From assembly GCA_023512475.1 (NCBI GenBank), contig JAILZL010000004.1:12528-76527 (forward strand): a DNA stretch of 64,000 nucleotides, in the 5' to 3' direction. Positions 8,629-17,307 of this stretch are shown here, in pieces (positions within the stretch are counted from its first letter, which is position 1; the number at the start of each line of letters is the position of its first letter). Both the position numbers and the translations under genes were made by a program. Source of the stretch: Syntrophobacterales bacterium. GTDB lineage: Bacteria > Desulfobacterota > Desulfobaccia > Desulfobaccales > 0-14-0-80-60-11. The notes under the pieces were generated by a model. It saw only the letters and a program-made list of their open reading frames with translations, had not been told where the DNA came from and did not search any database.

Positions 8629-10725
8629 TCAGCGCCACTTTTTCACCTCCTCGTACTGAAACAGGGCAAAGCCGGCCGGGGGCGGCTTCAGCTGCCCCTG
8701 GAGGCGGGCCAGAAAAGCCCGGAGGGCCGCCTCGCCGGCAAAGTCCCGCACCTGCACCCCCACCCAGTAGGGTTTCCCGAGGCGGCTCAGCAGGGCGGTT
8801 TCCGCCGTCAGGGATGCCGCCAGGCGCTGCGGGTCGGTCTGTTCATAGGCCATAAACACCACCCCGTCAGCCTGGCGGAGGAGCTCCGGCCACATCTCCA
8901 CCCCTTCCTCCTCCAGCCATACCGGCACATCCAGCCACACCGGCAGTCCCGCCCCCTGGGATTGCACCAGCCTGAGGGTCTCCAGGAGGTAGCCGGCATA
9001 GGTGGCCCGCCGCTCCCGCCATTGGGGGAGCTGGTGGATCTCCAGGTCCAGATGCACGGCCCGGAAGCGGGCCTCCTCCGGCCCCCCGGCCTGGAACTCC
9101 CGCAGCCAGCGGAGATAACCGAGAAGATCGTCCCGGCGCGCCGGCAGGAGCCAGGTGGTTTCATCCAACAGGGCATGCACGGCCACCCCCTGGCGGTGCG
9201 CGGCCGCCAGGAATTCCCGCAGCCGGGGGGCAAATCCATTCCCCGGCGCGATCATGGCGCGATTCAGACAGAGATAGACCGCCGTCAGCCCCTTCTCCCG
9301 GGCCAGGGCGGGGAGCCGGCCCAGCTCTCCGGAGGTGATCAGGCGGTCGGGGTAATAGAGCCAGACGGCCAAAGGCGGGGAGGCCGCCGCAGCCGGGGAG
9401 GGCGGCGCCCCGGTCGCCGTCGGAACGGCGGTCAGGTCATCCGTGCCCACCGCCAGGAGCAGGGCGGCGTAAGCCCGTTCCCGCTCCGCCTCCCGGGCGG
9501 CCTCCTCCCGGGCCGCGGTCTCCGCCTGCACCCGGGCCGACAGCACCTCCAGGCCCGAGGCGGAGGCCAGGAGGGAAGGCTTCGCCGCCATGACCATTCT
9601 GGCCCGGAGCTGTTCTTCCGCCAGCCGGCGCTGGGTTTGGGCCACTCTCAGGCGCGCCTCCGCGGCCTGGTAGCGCTCCAGGGCCGCCGCCACCTCCCGC
9701 TCCACCTGAAGGGCCAGGGCCTCGCCCCGGGCCTCCTGGGCCGCCGCCTCGCTTTGGGAGCTCTCCCGGCGATGGCGCACCAGCTGCACCGCCTCCAAGG
9801 GGGCGGTGAACCGGGCCATGAGGAAGGCGCCGCTGCGGGTGCCGATGTCTTTGTATTGATCCACGTAGTAGCGGGCCTCCAGGTTGAGGTCGCACACCTG
9901 GGCCACCGCCCGCTCGCCGTTGATGCGGGCCTCCCGCACGCGCCAGGGCACTGCGGCGAGCTCCGGCCGGGAGTTTCGGGCCAGACGCACCAGTTCAGCG
10001 AAACCGGGCAGCCGGGGCCTTTCCGGGGTATGGGGAGCCAGCTGCACGGCGCCGGGGTCGAGGCCCAAAAGGGTGGCCAGGCGCTGGCGGCGGTTCTCCT
10101 GCACCCGGGCCGCCAGGGCCGCCTGCTCCCGGGCCTCCAGCCACTGGTGCTCCAGGGCCAGCACCTCAGCCGGGAGGACCTCCCGCTCTTTTTCCCCCCG
10201 GCGAGCCAGGCGGACGGCCTCTTCCAGGAGCGCGGCCGCGCTCCGATGCCGCCTCTTTTGCTCCTCTGCCTCCCAGTGCTCCAGATAAAGCTGCCGCACC
10301 TCGAAAAGCGCCTCCTGCAGCGCCCGCCGGCCCTCCGCCTCGGCCGCCTTGAGCTGGCAGGCGGCCCGTTCCACCTCCCCCGGCCCCGCCCCCAGGCGTT
10401 TCAGAACCGGCAGCACCACCCCGGCCTCGGCATGATGCTGGACGCTGCTGAAGCTCCGGTCCGTCTCGCTGAACACGGGATTGGTGTTGTAGTTGTAGCC
10501 GGCCTGGAATTCCGGGCCGAAGCGGTGCCGGGACTCGTCTTTCCGGCTGGCCAGGGAGCGGCACCGGAACTGTGCCTCTTTGACCAGGGGATGGCGGCTC
10601 GCCGCCAGGACCTCCAGATCCCGCAACGACAGCACCCCGGCAGGCGGGGCCGGCGCGGCCCCGGCCGGACTTGCCGACCCCCACCCGAGACTGATCGCCA
10701 CCAGCGCACACACGAGGATGCCCAT
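8629..10725 (-). CDS. TolC-like outer membrane factor fused to a C-terminal glycoside-hydrolase-like (alpha/beta-barrel-like) domain
   Basis: The ORF-track start at 10959 overlaps the upstream GT2 gene. The in-frame ATG at 10725 gives a signal peptide (MGILVCALVAISLGWGSASPAGA) 10 nt after the GT2 stop. Residues ~30-450 are OEP/TolC-like coiled-coil repeats. A Pro/Ala linker follows. The last ~240 aa show alternating strand/helix segments (AVYLCL, VAVHALL, AVHLDLE, VWLDVP, VVFMAYE, YWVGVQV). Confidence 0.65.
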   Translation of the reverse strand: MGILVCALVAISLGWGSASPAGAAPAPPAGVLSLRDLEVLAASRHPLVKEAQFRCRSLASRKDESRHRFGPEFQAGYNYNTNPVFSETDRSFSSVQHHAEAGVVLPVLKRLGAGPGEVERAACQLKAAEAEGRRALQEALFEVRQLYLEHWEAEEQKRRHRSAAALLEEAVRLARRGEKEREVLPAEVLALEHQWLEAREQAALAARVQENRRQRLATLLGLDPGAVQLAPHTPERPRLPGFAELVRLARNSRPELAAVPWRVREARINGERAVAQVCDLNLEARYYVDQYKDIGTRSGAFLMARFTAPLEAVQLVRHRRESSQSEAAAQEARGEALALQVEREVAAALERYQAAEARLRVAQTQRRLAEEQLRARMVMAAKPSLLASASGLEVLSARVQAETAAREEAAREAERERAYAALLLAVGTDDLTAVPTATGAPPSPAAAASPPLAVWLYYPDRLITSGELGRLPALAREKGLTAVYLCLNRAMIAPGNGFAPRLREFLAAAHRQGVAVHALLDETTWLLPARRDDLLGYLRWLREFQAGGPEEARFRAVHLDLEIHQLPQWRERRATYAGYLLETLRLVQSQGAGLPVWLDVPVWLEEEGVEMWPELLRQADGVVFMAYEQTDPQRLAASLTAETALLSRLGKPYWVGVQVRDFAGEAALRAFLARLQGQLKPPPAGFALFQYEEVKKWR

Positions 10726-10735
10726 GGGTCCGTCC

Positions 10736-12040
10736 TTACCAGTGAATGGTTCTTTTCCCCACCCACGGCGGGATGTAGCGCACCCGGTAGGTGTAGGTGA
10801 ACAGCCACTCCCCCACATGGGCCGCCAGCCGCACCGGACGCAGTAAAAAATTGTTGTACAGGGGGAACAAAGGCACATAGAGGAGCAGGGGGAGATCCAG
10901 GCGCCGGCGGTCGAAAAGGGCCCAGGCGGTGGCGAATTGGGCCAGGGAAAAGAGGACATAGACGAAATACACCGCCACCAGCACCACCAGGGTGGCCTCC
11001 CGAAAGAGGTAGTAGAGATAAAAGGGGTAGAGGACGAAGGCCAGGTTCTGCACCAGCTGGAAAAGGATCAGGTCAATGGCGCCCAGCAGGCTGCGGACGG
11101 AGAAGTTGGCGGCGCTCAGATCATAGAGATTGCGGTATTTCCTCAGCACCAGGCTGATGAGGGAGTTGTCCCAGCGCAGCCGCTGGCGGATGAGGCCCCG
11201 CACCGTGGCCGGAACCTCGGTGAGACAGAGGGTGCGGGGGGCGAAGGCGATGCGCCAGCCCTTTTCCCGGAGTTTGATGGTAATGTCCAGGTCTTCGCAG
11301 GTGTGCACGTCAAAGCCGCCCACCTGCGCCAGGGCCACCCGCCGCATGACCCCGAAGCCGCCCGAGACGATGAAGAGGGTGCCCCACCAGGCTTGGGCGA
11401 TGCGGCCCACCGAAATGGAGATGAGGTATTCCAGGTCCTGGAGGGCGGTGAGCACGCCGGCCTGGGCGTTTCGGGCCCGCAGGTTGCAGGACACCGCCCC
11501 CACCTGGGGATCGCAGAACTTTTTCAGGGCCTCCGCCACGGAGGTGCGGCTGAGGGAGCTGTCGGCGTCCAGGACCACCACGAACTCCCCCGAAGCAAAG
11601 TTGAGGGCCAGGTTCTGGGCCGAGGCCTTGCCGGTGCGCTGCTCATTGCGGAAGACCCGCACCCGGGGATCCTGATCCTGCCAGCGGCGGGCCACCTGTG
11701 AGGTGCCGTCGCGGGAGCCGTCGTCCACCACCAGGACCTCCAGCCAGGGATAGCTCTGGTCCAGCACGGAGGCCAGGGTCTGCCCCAGGTGGGCGGCTTC
11801 GTTGTGGGCGGGGATGATGACCGAGACCACCGCCTCCTCGGCCTGAAGCCGGGTCAGAAACGCCTCCTCCGCCGGATCCTGCCGCACCACCAGGCTCCGG
11901 AGCAGCACCGCCAGATCCGCCATCAGGTAGCGGCCGCAGTCGAAGAGCACAAAAGGCCAGAAGATGCTCCAGAACTGCCACCGGCTCAGGTGCATCAGGA
12001 AGCGCAGGGCGTCTTCCGCCAGAGAGAAAAGGAACTCCAT
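10736..12040 (-). CDS. Processive family-2 glycosyltransferase (PgaC/NodC/cellulose-synthase-like polysaccharide synthase)
   Basis: ATG at 12040 (MEFLFSLAEDAL...). The ORF-track start at 12178 adds an implausible Cys/Ser-rich leader. Motifs: VIIPAHNE, VVDDGSRDGT, LDADS (DxD), CEDLD, and QRLRW (QxxRW). TM segments flank the GT domain at both ends. Confidence 0.85.
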   Translation of the reverse strand: MEFLFSLAEDALRFLMHLSRWQFWSIFWPFVLFDCGRYLMADLAVLLRSLVVRQDPAEEAFLTRLQAEEAVVSVIIPAHNEAAHLGQTLASVLDQSYPWLEVLVVDDGSRDGTSQVARRWQDQDPRVRVFRNEQRTGKASAQNLALNFASGEFVVVLDADSSLSRTSVAEALKKFCDPQVGAVSCNLRARNAQAGVLTALQDLEYLISISVGRIAQAWWGTLFIVSGGFGVMRRVALAQVGGFDVHTCEDLDITIKLREKGWRIAFAPRTLCLTEVPATVRGLIRQRLRWDNSLISLVLRKYRNLYDLSAANFSVRSLLGAIDLILFQLVQNLAFVLYPFYLYYLFREATLVVLVAVYFVYVLFSLAQFATAWALFDRRRLDLPLLLYVPLFPLYNNFLLRPVRLAAHVGEWLFTYTYRVRYIPPWVGKRTIHW

Positions 12041-12452
12041 GTGGGGGCCCGCAGATTTTTTCCTGCATCGGCTTTTGGGACATGAACTCGAACAATTTTC
12101 GAAAAAACTTAAAGAAAATTTTGGGCACGGCCGGAATGGGGTGGAGCCGACGGCCGTTTTCTGAGGCGGGAGGGACAAAGAGGCGTGGCGGCTTTGCGGG
12201 GCCCTGCTTGGAGAGGCAAGGGAAAATCCTGCCCCAGCGCCGGCTGGGAGGACCTGCTCCGTGGCGGAGTGGTCATGCGGAGGCCGAGGCGGATGTGCCG
12301 TACAGTTCGGTCCGCCCGCCCGGGGCGGGGAGGTCAGGTGGTTTCCGACAAGCTACCGGGGAAAAACCCGGCCTTCCGGTTCCGGAAGGCGGCAGAAGCG
12401 GGTTTCCGGCCCCGGGGACGCCCCTCCTCCTGGCCCAGGAGCAGGACCGGGG

Positions 12453-13457
12453 TCAGTCGGCGGCGGGGCGCCGGCCGAAGCTGGCCACCGCGGCGGCGTC
12501 CTCCCGGAGCCAGTCCGCCACTTCCCGGACGATTAAGGACAGGCGGCGGCGGGGCGAAAAACCCAGGAGGCTCTGGATCTTGCTGATGTCCGGCACCCGA
12601 TGGTCCATATCCTCATAGCCGGCTCCGTAGACCTGCTCATAGGGGAGGAACACGATGGGGGAGGAGGAGCGGGTGATCTCTTTCACCACCTGGGCCAAAT
12701 GGGCGATACTCACCTCCTCCGTGCTGCCGATATTGAAGATCTCCCCCACCGCCCGGGGCTCGCCCGTCAGCTGGATCAGGACCTCCACCACCTCCGCCAC
12801 GTGGATGAAGCAGCGGGTCTGGCGGCCGCTGCCATGGACGGTGATGGGTTCCCCCCGAAGGGCCTGGGCCACGAACGTGGGCAGGACCATGCCGTAGCGC
12901 CCGGTCTGGCGGGGCCCCACGGTGTTGAAGAGGCGGGTGATGATGACCGGCAGGCGGCGTTCCCGGTGGTAGGCCAGGGCCAGGAATTCATCCGCCAGCT
13001 TGGAGCAGGCATAGCCCCAGCGGCTGAGATGGCTGGGGCCCAGCACCAGGTCGTCTTCCTCGGAGAACCTCTCCCGCCGGGATTTGCCATACACCTCGGA
13101 GGTGGAGGCCACCAGGATCAGGCGCTGGTAGCGGGCCGCCAGGGACAGCAGGACATGGGTGCCCAGGATGTTGGTCTCCAGGGTCTCCACCGGGTGATGC
13201 AGGATATGCCGCACCCCCACCGCGGCGGCCAGATGGAAGATGACGTCCGCTTCCCGGACGAGCTTCGCCATCAGCTCCTGATCCCGCACATCCCCGGTCA
13301 CCAAGGAGAAGCCCGGATGGGCGGCCAGACCGGCAATATTGGCATAGGAACCGGTGCTGAAATTATCCACGGCCAGCACCCGCCGGCCTTCGCGAAGCAG
13401 CCGGGCACACAGATGGGAACCGATAAAGCCGGCCCCGCCGGTCACCAGATAGACCAT
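12453..13457 (-). CDS. NAD-dependent sugar-nucleotide epimerase/dehydratase (extended SDR)
   Basis: [11 protein letters not shown] Rossmann motif and YACSKLADE (YxxxK). 334 aa. Confidence 0.85.
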   Translation of the reverse strand: MVYLVTGGAGFIGSHLCARLLREGRRVLAVDNFSTGSYANIAGLAAHPGFSLVTGDVRDQELMAKLVREADVIFHLAAAVGVRHILHHPVETLETNILGTHVLLSLAARYQRLILVASTSEVYGKSRRERFSEEDDLVLGPSHLSRWGYACSKLADEFLALAYHRERRLPVIITRLFNTVGPRQTGRYGMVLPTFVAQALRGEPITVHGSGRQTRCFIHVAEVVEVLIQLTGEPRAVGEIFNIGSTEEVSIAHLAQVVKEITRSSSPIVFLPYEQVYGAGYEDMDHRVPDISKIQSLLGFSPRRRLSLIVREVADWLREDAAAVASFGRRPAAD

Positions 13458-13674
13458 CGGTAACCCCTTGTCGGTCGGAAGTATCTATTACACTCAAGCC
13501 GCCGGTCCTGACGGCAGGCCACCCCCCCCAAAGAATGCCTCGGCAGCACTGCCTTTGCCCTTAAATTTTGGGTCCGGCAAAGGGTAACCACCCCAGGCTT
13601 TTTCATCCCGGGACGCCGTGGCCCGGGAGGGCCGGAGGCTCCGCCCCCATGATGCCGCTCAGGGAGCTCCGGGT

Positions 13675-15111
13675 CTACGGACCGGTCAGCAGGGCGTGCT
13701 TCAGGGCCTCGGCCTCCCCGGAGCCGGGGAGCGGCAGGATCTGGCAGGAAAAATCCAGAGGAAAACTCAGGACCTCCCGGCTGCGCTGCACCAGGCGGTC
13801 CACCACGGTTTGGGCCTGAGCCGCTTCGGTTTCCGGCAGCAGGAGGAGAATCTCCCGGTGGGGGGAGACGGTCACCAGATCCGTCTGCCGGGTGTGGCTG
13901 CCGATGATCTCCTGGAGCTCCTTCACCAACAGCATTTTGCCCCCCACCCCCAGCTGGCCCTCCAGCTCCTCCAGGTTGCGGATGGCCAGGCGGATGAGGC
14001 TGGCCTGCCGGCGGTAGCGGTCGCAGCGCTTAAGCTCCAGGTCCAGGTAGGCCTGGAAGAAGGGGAAGGAGTAGATGTTCAGGAAATGATGCAGCACCTC
14101 CTCCAGGCCCAGGCGGGTGTGGAGGCCCAGGAGGGCGGCCTCGACCCCCTGCGGGGAGAGGGAAAAGCGCTGAATGGCCAGGGGGCGGGTGCGATCGGGG
14201 GGAAAGACGGCTCCGCAGCGGATGCACAGGCAGGACAGCTCCGGTTCCTGGAAGGTGCCGCCGCAGACCTCGCACAGGAGCACCTCCCCCGGCTTGGCGT
14301 AATCCACCCCGATGTGACGCAGTTCCTTGCTGCATTTGGGGCAGACATAGCGGTCCCGGCGCACGAACGCGGTCTGGGGGGCCACATGGCCGCAGCTGTA
14401 ATGCTGGATGGTGGGGGTGCGCCGCCACCGGGGGCTCTGGCAGCCGGGGCACACCTGCCGGCAGGCGAGCCGGAAATCCTCGCAGGTAGGGCACAAAGGC
14501 ACGTAATCCACCACCTCCGCCTCCAGCAGGCCTTCCCGGGCCAGACGGTTCATCTCCATCAGGCCCTGGCCCGGCGCCACCCTGAGGAGCGCATCCGCCC
14601 AGGCCAGCCGGTAGCCGTACGGGGAGGTCTCATCCCGCCCGGGCATCACCTGGGAGAGGTCCCGGGAATGGAGGAAGCGCAGCAGGGTGATCTCCCGGGC
14701 CGCCTTCTCGTCCAGCGCGGCGGAGATGGGGGGATAGCGCTCCAGGCAGGCCCGGATGGGGGTCAGGGCTTTCAGCGCCGCCCGGAACTCAAAGCCGGAG
14801 AGGGGCAGGGTGAGGAGATGATCGCACTCCGGCGGGGTCAGCCGGTGGGGGCTGCGGGGGAGCACCACAAGGACGGGGGTGAGGGCCCACCCCGGGGAGC
14901 GCCGCAGCGCCTCCAGACCGCGCCGGGCGCCGTTCTCCGCTGTGGCGGCGAAAATGAGGAGATCCACCGGAAAGGTCCGGTCCGGAACGCCTCCGGAGCT
15001 GCCCACCAGCTTCAGTTCGGCCACCCCCGAAAGTCCACCCAGGACCTCCTGGTAGAGATCGGCATTTTCCACGATGACATAAACACCATAAGAAAGCTTC
15101 TGAGATACCAT
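13675..15111 (-). CDS. Signalling protein: receiver-like N-domain + Cys-rich Zn-ribbon module (TackOD1-like?) + degenerate GGDEF domain with RxxD I-site
   Basis: 478 aa. Five CxxC pairs (C207/210, C221/224, C257/260, C280/283, C296/299). The C-terminal ~130 aa align to a GGDEF fold, but the GG(D/E)EF position reads PHREI. RQTD lies exactly 5 residues upstream of it. Confidence 0.6.
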   Translation of the reverse strand: MVSQKLSYGVYVIVENADLYQEVLGGLSGVAELKLVGSSGGVPDRTFPVDLLIFAATAENGARRGLEALRRSPGWALTPVLVVLPRSPHRLTPPECDHLLTLPLSGFEFRAALKALTPIRACLERYPPISAALDEKAAREITLLRFLHSRDLSQVMPGRDETSPYGYRLAWADALLRVAPGQGLMEMNRLAREGLLEAEVVDYVPLCPTCEDFRLACRQVCPGCQSPRWRRTPTIQHYSCGHVAPQTAFVRRDRYVCPKCSKELRHIGVDYAKPGEVLLCEVCGGTFQEPELSCLCIRCGAVFPPDRTRPLAIQRFSLSPQGVEAALLGLHTRLGLEEVLHHFLNIYSFPFFQAYLDLELKRCDRYRRQASLIRLAIRNLEELEGQLGVGGKMLLVKELQEIIGSHTRQTDLVTVSPHREILLLLPETEAAQAQTVVDRLVQRSREVLSFPLDFSCQILPLPGSGEAEALKHALLTGP

Positions 15112-15240
15112 GCCCCGACTCCTTCAGCCCCTGGGCTGCTTCTGTGTGTGCCCATCGGCCGTTTCGGAAAAAACCTTAGAAGATTTTTCACTTTCCTTGA
15201 AAAACCTGCCGTTCCCGGAGGGGGCCCCCTCCCCGGCCGG

Positions 15241-15269
15241 TTGACTCGGGGACGGGTTCAGGAAACAAT
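15241..15269 (+). promoter_or_regulatory. sigma70-like promoter placed for a leaderless HlyD/ABC-2 operon transcript
   Basis: TTGACT (15241-15246), 17-nt spacer, AACAAT (15264-15269). The ATG at 15276 begins 7 nt after the -10 element. Confidence 0.4.
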
Positions 15270-15275
15270 AGAGGC

Positions 15276-16304
15276 ATGCCTCCGGAAACCACCGCAGCTC
15301 AGGTCACCGGGAAAGTCCCGTGGCGACGGCGTATCCCCTTGGTGGTAGCCGCGGTCCTCCTGGTGGGGGGGAGCCTCTGGTGGTGGCAGCGCCACAGTCT
15401 CCCTCCCGAGGCGGCCCTGCGCCTCACCGGCCACATTGAGGCCACCGAAACCCATCTGGGCTTCAAGGTCCCCGGCCTCATCTCCGCCATCCATTTTCAG
15501 GAAGGGGAGGAAATCCGGGCCGGACAGCTGGTGGCGGAGCTGGATGACCGGGACCTGCGGCAGGAGCTGGCCGCGGCGGAGGCCCGGCTGGCCGCCGCCC
15601 AGGCCAATCTCGCCCGGCTGGAGGCGGGCTACCGCCCCCAGGAAGTCCGGGAGGCCCAGGCCGCCGTGGCCCAGGCCCGGGCGGATTACGACGACAAGGC
15701 CCGGGAATTCCGGCGCTTTCAGACCCTCTTTGCCCGCCGGGTGGTCTCGGCCCAGACCCGGGACCGGGCCGAAGCCGCCTTCCTCATGGCCCAGGAGGCC
15801 CTGAACCGGGCCAAGGAGCGCTACGATCTCCTCCGCAGCGGCTTCCGGAAGGAGGAGATTGAGCAGGCCCGGGCCGAGGCGCAGCAGGCCGAGGCGCAGC
15901 GGGATCTGGCCCGGACCAGGTGGGGTTACGCCCGCATCACCGCCCCGGTGACCGGCGTCGTCCTGGCCCGGCCGGCGGAACCCGGCCAGGTGGCCCAGGT
16001 GGGGGCCACCATTCTCACCCTGGGGGACCTGGATAACCTCTGGTTCGAAGGCTGGCTGCCGGAGACCCAGCTCGGGAAGGTGCGCTACGGCCAGAAGGCC
16101 CAGGTGACCACCGACTCCTATCCCGGCAAGGTCTACCCCGGCTGGATCTCCTACATCGCCAGCAAGGCCGAGTTCACCCCCAAGATGGTGGAAACCTTCA
16201 AGGAGCGGGTCACCCTGGTGTACCGCACCAAAATCCGGGTGGACAACCCCCACCATGAACTCAAACCCGGCATGCCCGCGGAGGCGGTGATCCTGCCGGA
16301 GTGA
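15276..16304 (+). CDS. HlyD-family efflux adaptor (YbhG-like)
   Basis: 342 aa. N-terminal TM (IPLVVAAVLLVGGSLWWW), a lipoyl hairpin, a coiled-coil (LAAAEARLAAAQANLARLEAG...) and a C-terminal beta-barrel. Confidence 0.8.
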   Translation: MPPETTAAQVTGKVPWRRRIPLVVAAVLLVGGSLWWWQRHSLPPEAALRLTGHIEATETHLGFKVPGLISAIHFQEGEEIRAGQLVAELDDRDLRQELAAAEARLAAAQANLARLEAGYRPQEVREAQAAVAQARADYDDKAREFRRFQTLFARRVVSAQTRDRAEAAFLMAQEALNRAKERYDLLRSGFRKEEIEQARAEAQQAEAQRDLARTRWGYARITAPVTGVVLARPAEPGQVAQVGATILTLGDLDNLWFEGWLPETQLGKVRYGQKAQVTTDSYPGKVYPGWISYIASKAEFTPKMVETFKERVTLVYRTKIRVDNPHHELKPGMPAEAVILPE

Positions 16305-16371
16305 GCCCGCCAGCCGGCTCTCCGGGGCTGAGCCGCAGGCCGGAGCCCGGGCGGGGCACTATCCCGGACCG

Positions 16372-17307
16372 ATGCAGCCCGTCATCGAAGTGGAAGGCCT
16401 GACCAAGGATTTCGGCCGTTTCCGGGCGGTGGACGGAGTCAGCTTCGCCGTCTCTCCGGGGGAGATCTTCGGGTTTCTGGGGCCCAACGGCGCCGGCAAA
16501 TCCACCACCATCCGCATGTTGCTGGGGTTGCTCCGGCCCAGCGGCGGCTCCGGGCGGGTGGCCGGGTATGACCTGGTCCGGGAGCAGAGCCGCATCAAGG
16601 CGAAGGTGGGGTACATGTCCCAGCGCTTCAGCCTTTATGAGGACCTCACTGCTGAGGAGAACCTGGAGTTTTTCGGCGGGGTCTACGGCCTGAGCCAGGG
16701 GCGCCTCAGGCAGCGCCTGGCGGAGGTGCTGGAGCTGGTGGGCCTGACGGACCGGCGCCGGGACCTGACCCGCACCCTGGCCCTGGGGCTGCGCCAGCGC
16801 CTGGCGTTGGCCTCCGCCATGCTGCATGAGCCGCCGCTGCTGTTTCTGGATGAGCCCACCAGCGGCGTGGATCCCGTGTCCCGGCGGACCTTCTGGGACC
16901 TGATCTACCGGCTGGCGGCCCAGGGGGTGACGGTCCTGGTCACCACCCATTACCTGGATGAGGCGGAGTTATGCGATCGGCTGGTGCTCATTTCCCAGGG
17001 CCGGCTCATCGCCCAGGGGACTCCCCGGGAGCTGAAGGCAAAAGTGACGCACCGCATCCTGGCGGTCTACCCCGACCGGCTGGCGGAGGCCTTAGCCGCC
17101 GCCCGCCAGATCCCCGAAGCCTCCGAGGTGGCGGTGTTCGGGGCCGGCCTGCACGTGGCCTTTCCCCCGGAAGTGCCGGGGGAGGCCCTCCTGACCCGGG
17201 CCCTGGCGGCCCGGGGTGTGAGCCTCCGGGAGCTCCGGCCGGTCTCCCCCACCCTGGAGGACGCCTTCATCACCCTCACCCGCCGGGCCTCCCAGGGGAC
17301 GGTATGA
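16372..17307 (+). CDS. ABC-2-type transporter ATP-binding protein
   Basis: Walker A GPNGAGKST, Q-loop MSQRF, Walker B LLFLDEPTSG. The signature region is degenerate (TLALGLRQRLAL). Confidence 0.85.
   Translation: MQPVIEVEGLTKDFGRFRAVDGVSFAVSPGEIFGFLGPNGAGKSTTIRMLLGLLRPSGGSGRVAGYDLVREQSRIKAKVGYMSQRFSLYEDLTAEENLEFFGGVYGLSQGRLRQRLAEVLELVGLTDRRRDLTRTLALGLRQRLALASAMLHEPPLLFLDEPTSGVDPVSRRTFWDLIYRLAAQGVTVLVTTHYLDEAELCDRLVLISQGRLIAQGTPRELKAKVTHRILAVYPDRLAEALAAARQIPEASEVAVFGAGLHVAFPPEVPGEALLTRALAARGVSLRELRPVSPTLEDAFITLTRRASQGTV

Noticed and set aside
8584-10800. 738-aa + strand ORF, plus many other ORFs of 100-650 aa that lie antisense to or out of frame with real genes. Examples: 1648-2577 (-), 2656-4122 (-), 4539-5897 (-), 13618-15348 (+), 19746-21197 (-), 25137-26408 (+), 33174-35135 (+), 35306-37060 (+), 37193-38272 (-), 47881-49656 (-), 50047-51279 (-), 52012-54066 (-), 56383-57750 (+), 61458-63023 (-).
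   Set aside because: Their translations are low-complexity Gly/Pro/Arg/Ala/His strings with no motifs, and each overlaps a motif-rich gene on the other strand or frame. Long stop-free antisense frames are expected at this GC content.
12041-12452. A c-di-GMP riboswitch or sigma54 promoter in the 410-nt AT-rich region upstream of the GT2 synthase.
   Set aside because: I could not find a GGCAC-N5-TTGC element on the correct strand or any recognisable riboswitch core. It is probably an ordinary promoter/5'-UTR region, but I cannot define it by eye.
16971-17303. N-terminal extensions in ORF-track models. Affected starts: 4500, 10959, 12178, 16971, 22462, 22677, 29228, 31822, 35303, 37129, 38375, 39229, 44274, 44313, 47884, 48163, 51152.
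   Set aside because: The extensions overlap the preceding gene or run through intergenic repeats, and they translate to Pro/Arg/Gly-rich sequence. In each case an internal in-frame ATG or GTG is placed at or near the upstream stop, or behind a Shine-Dalgarno sequence, and starts the recognisable family N-terminus. I verified those codons in the nucleotide sequence.
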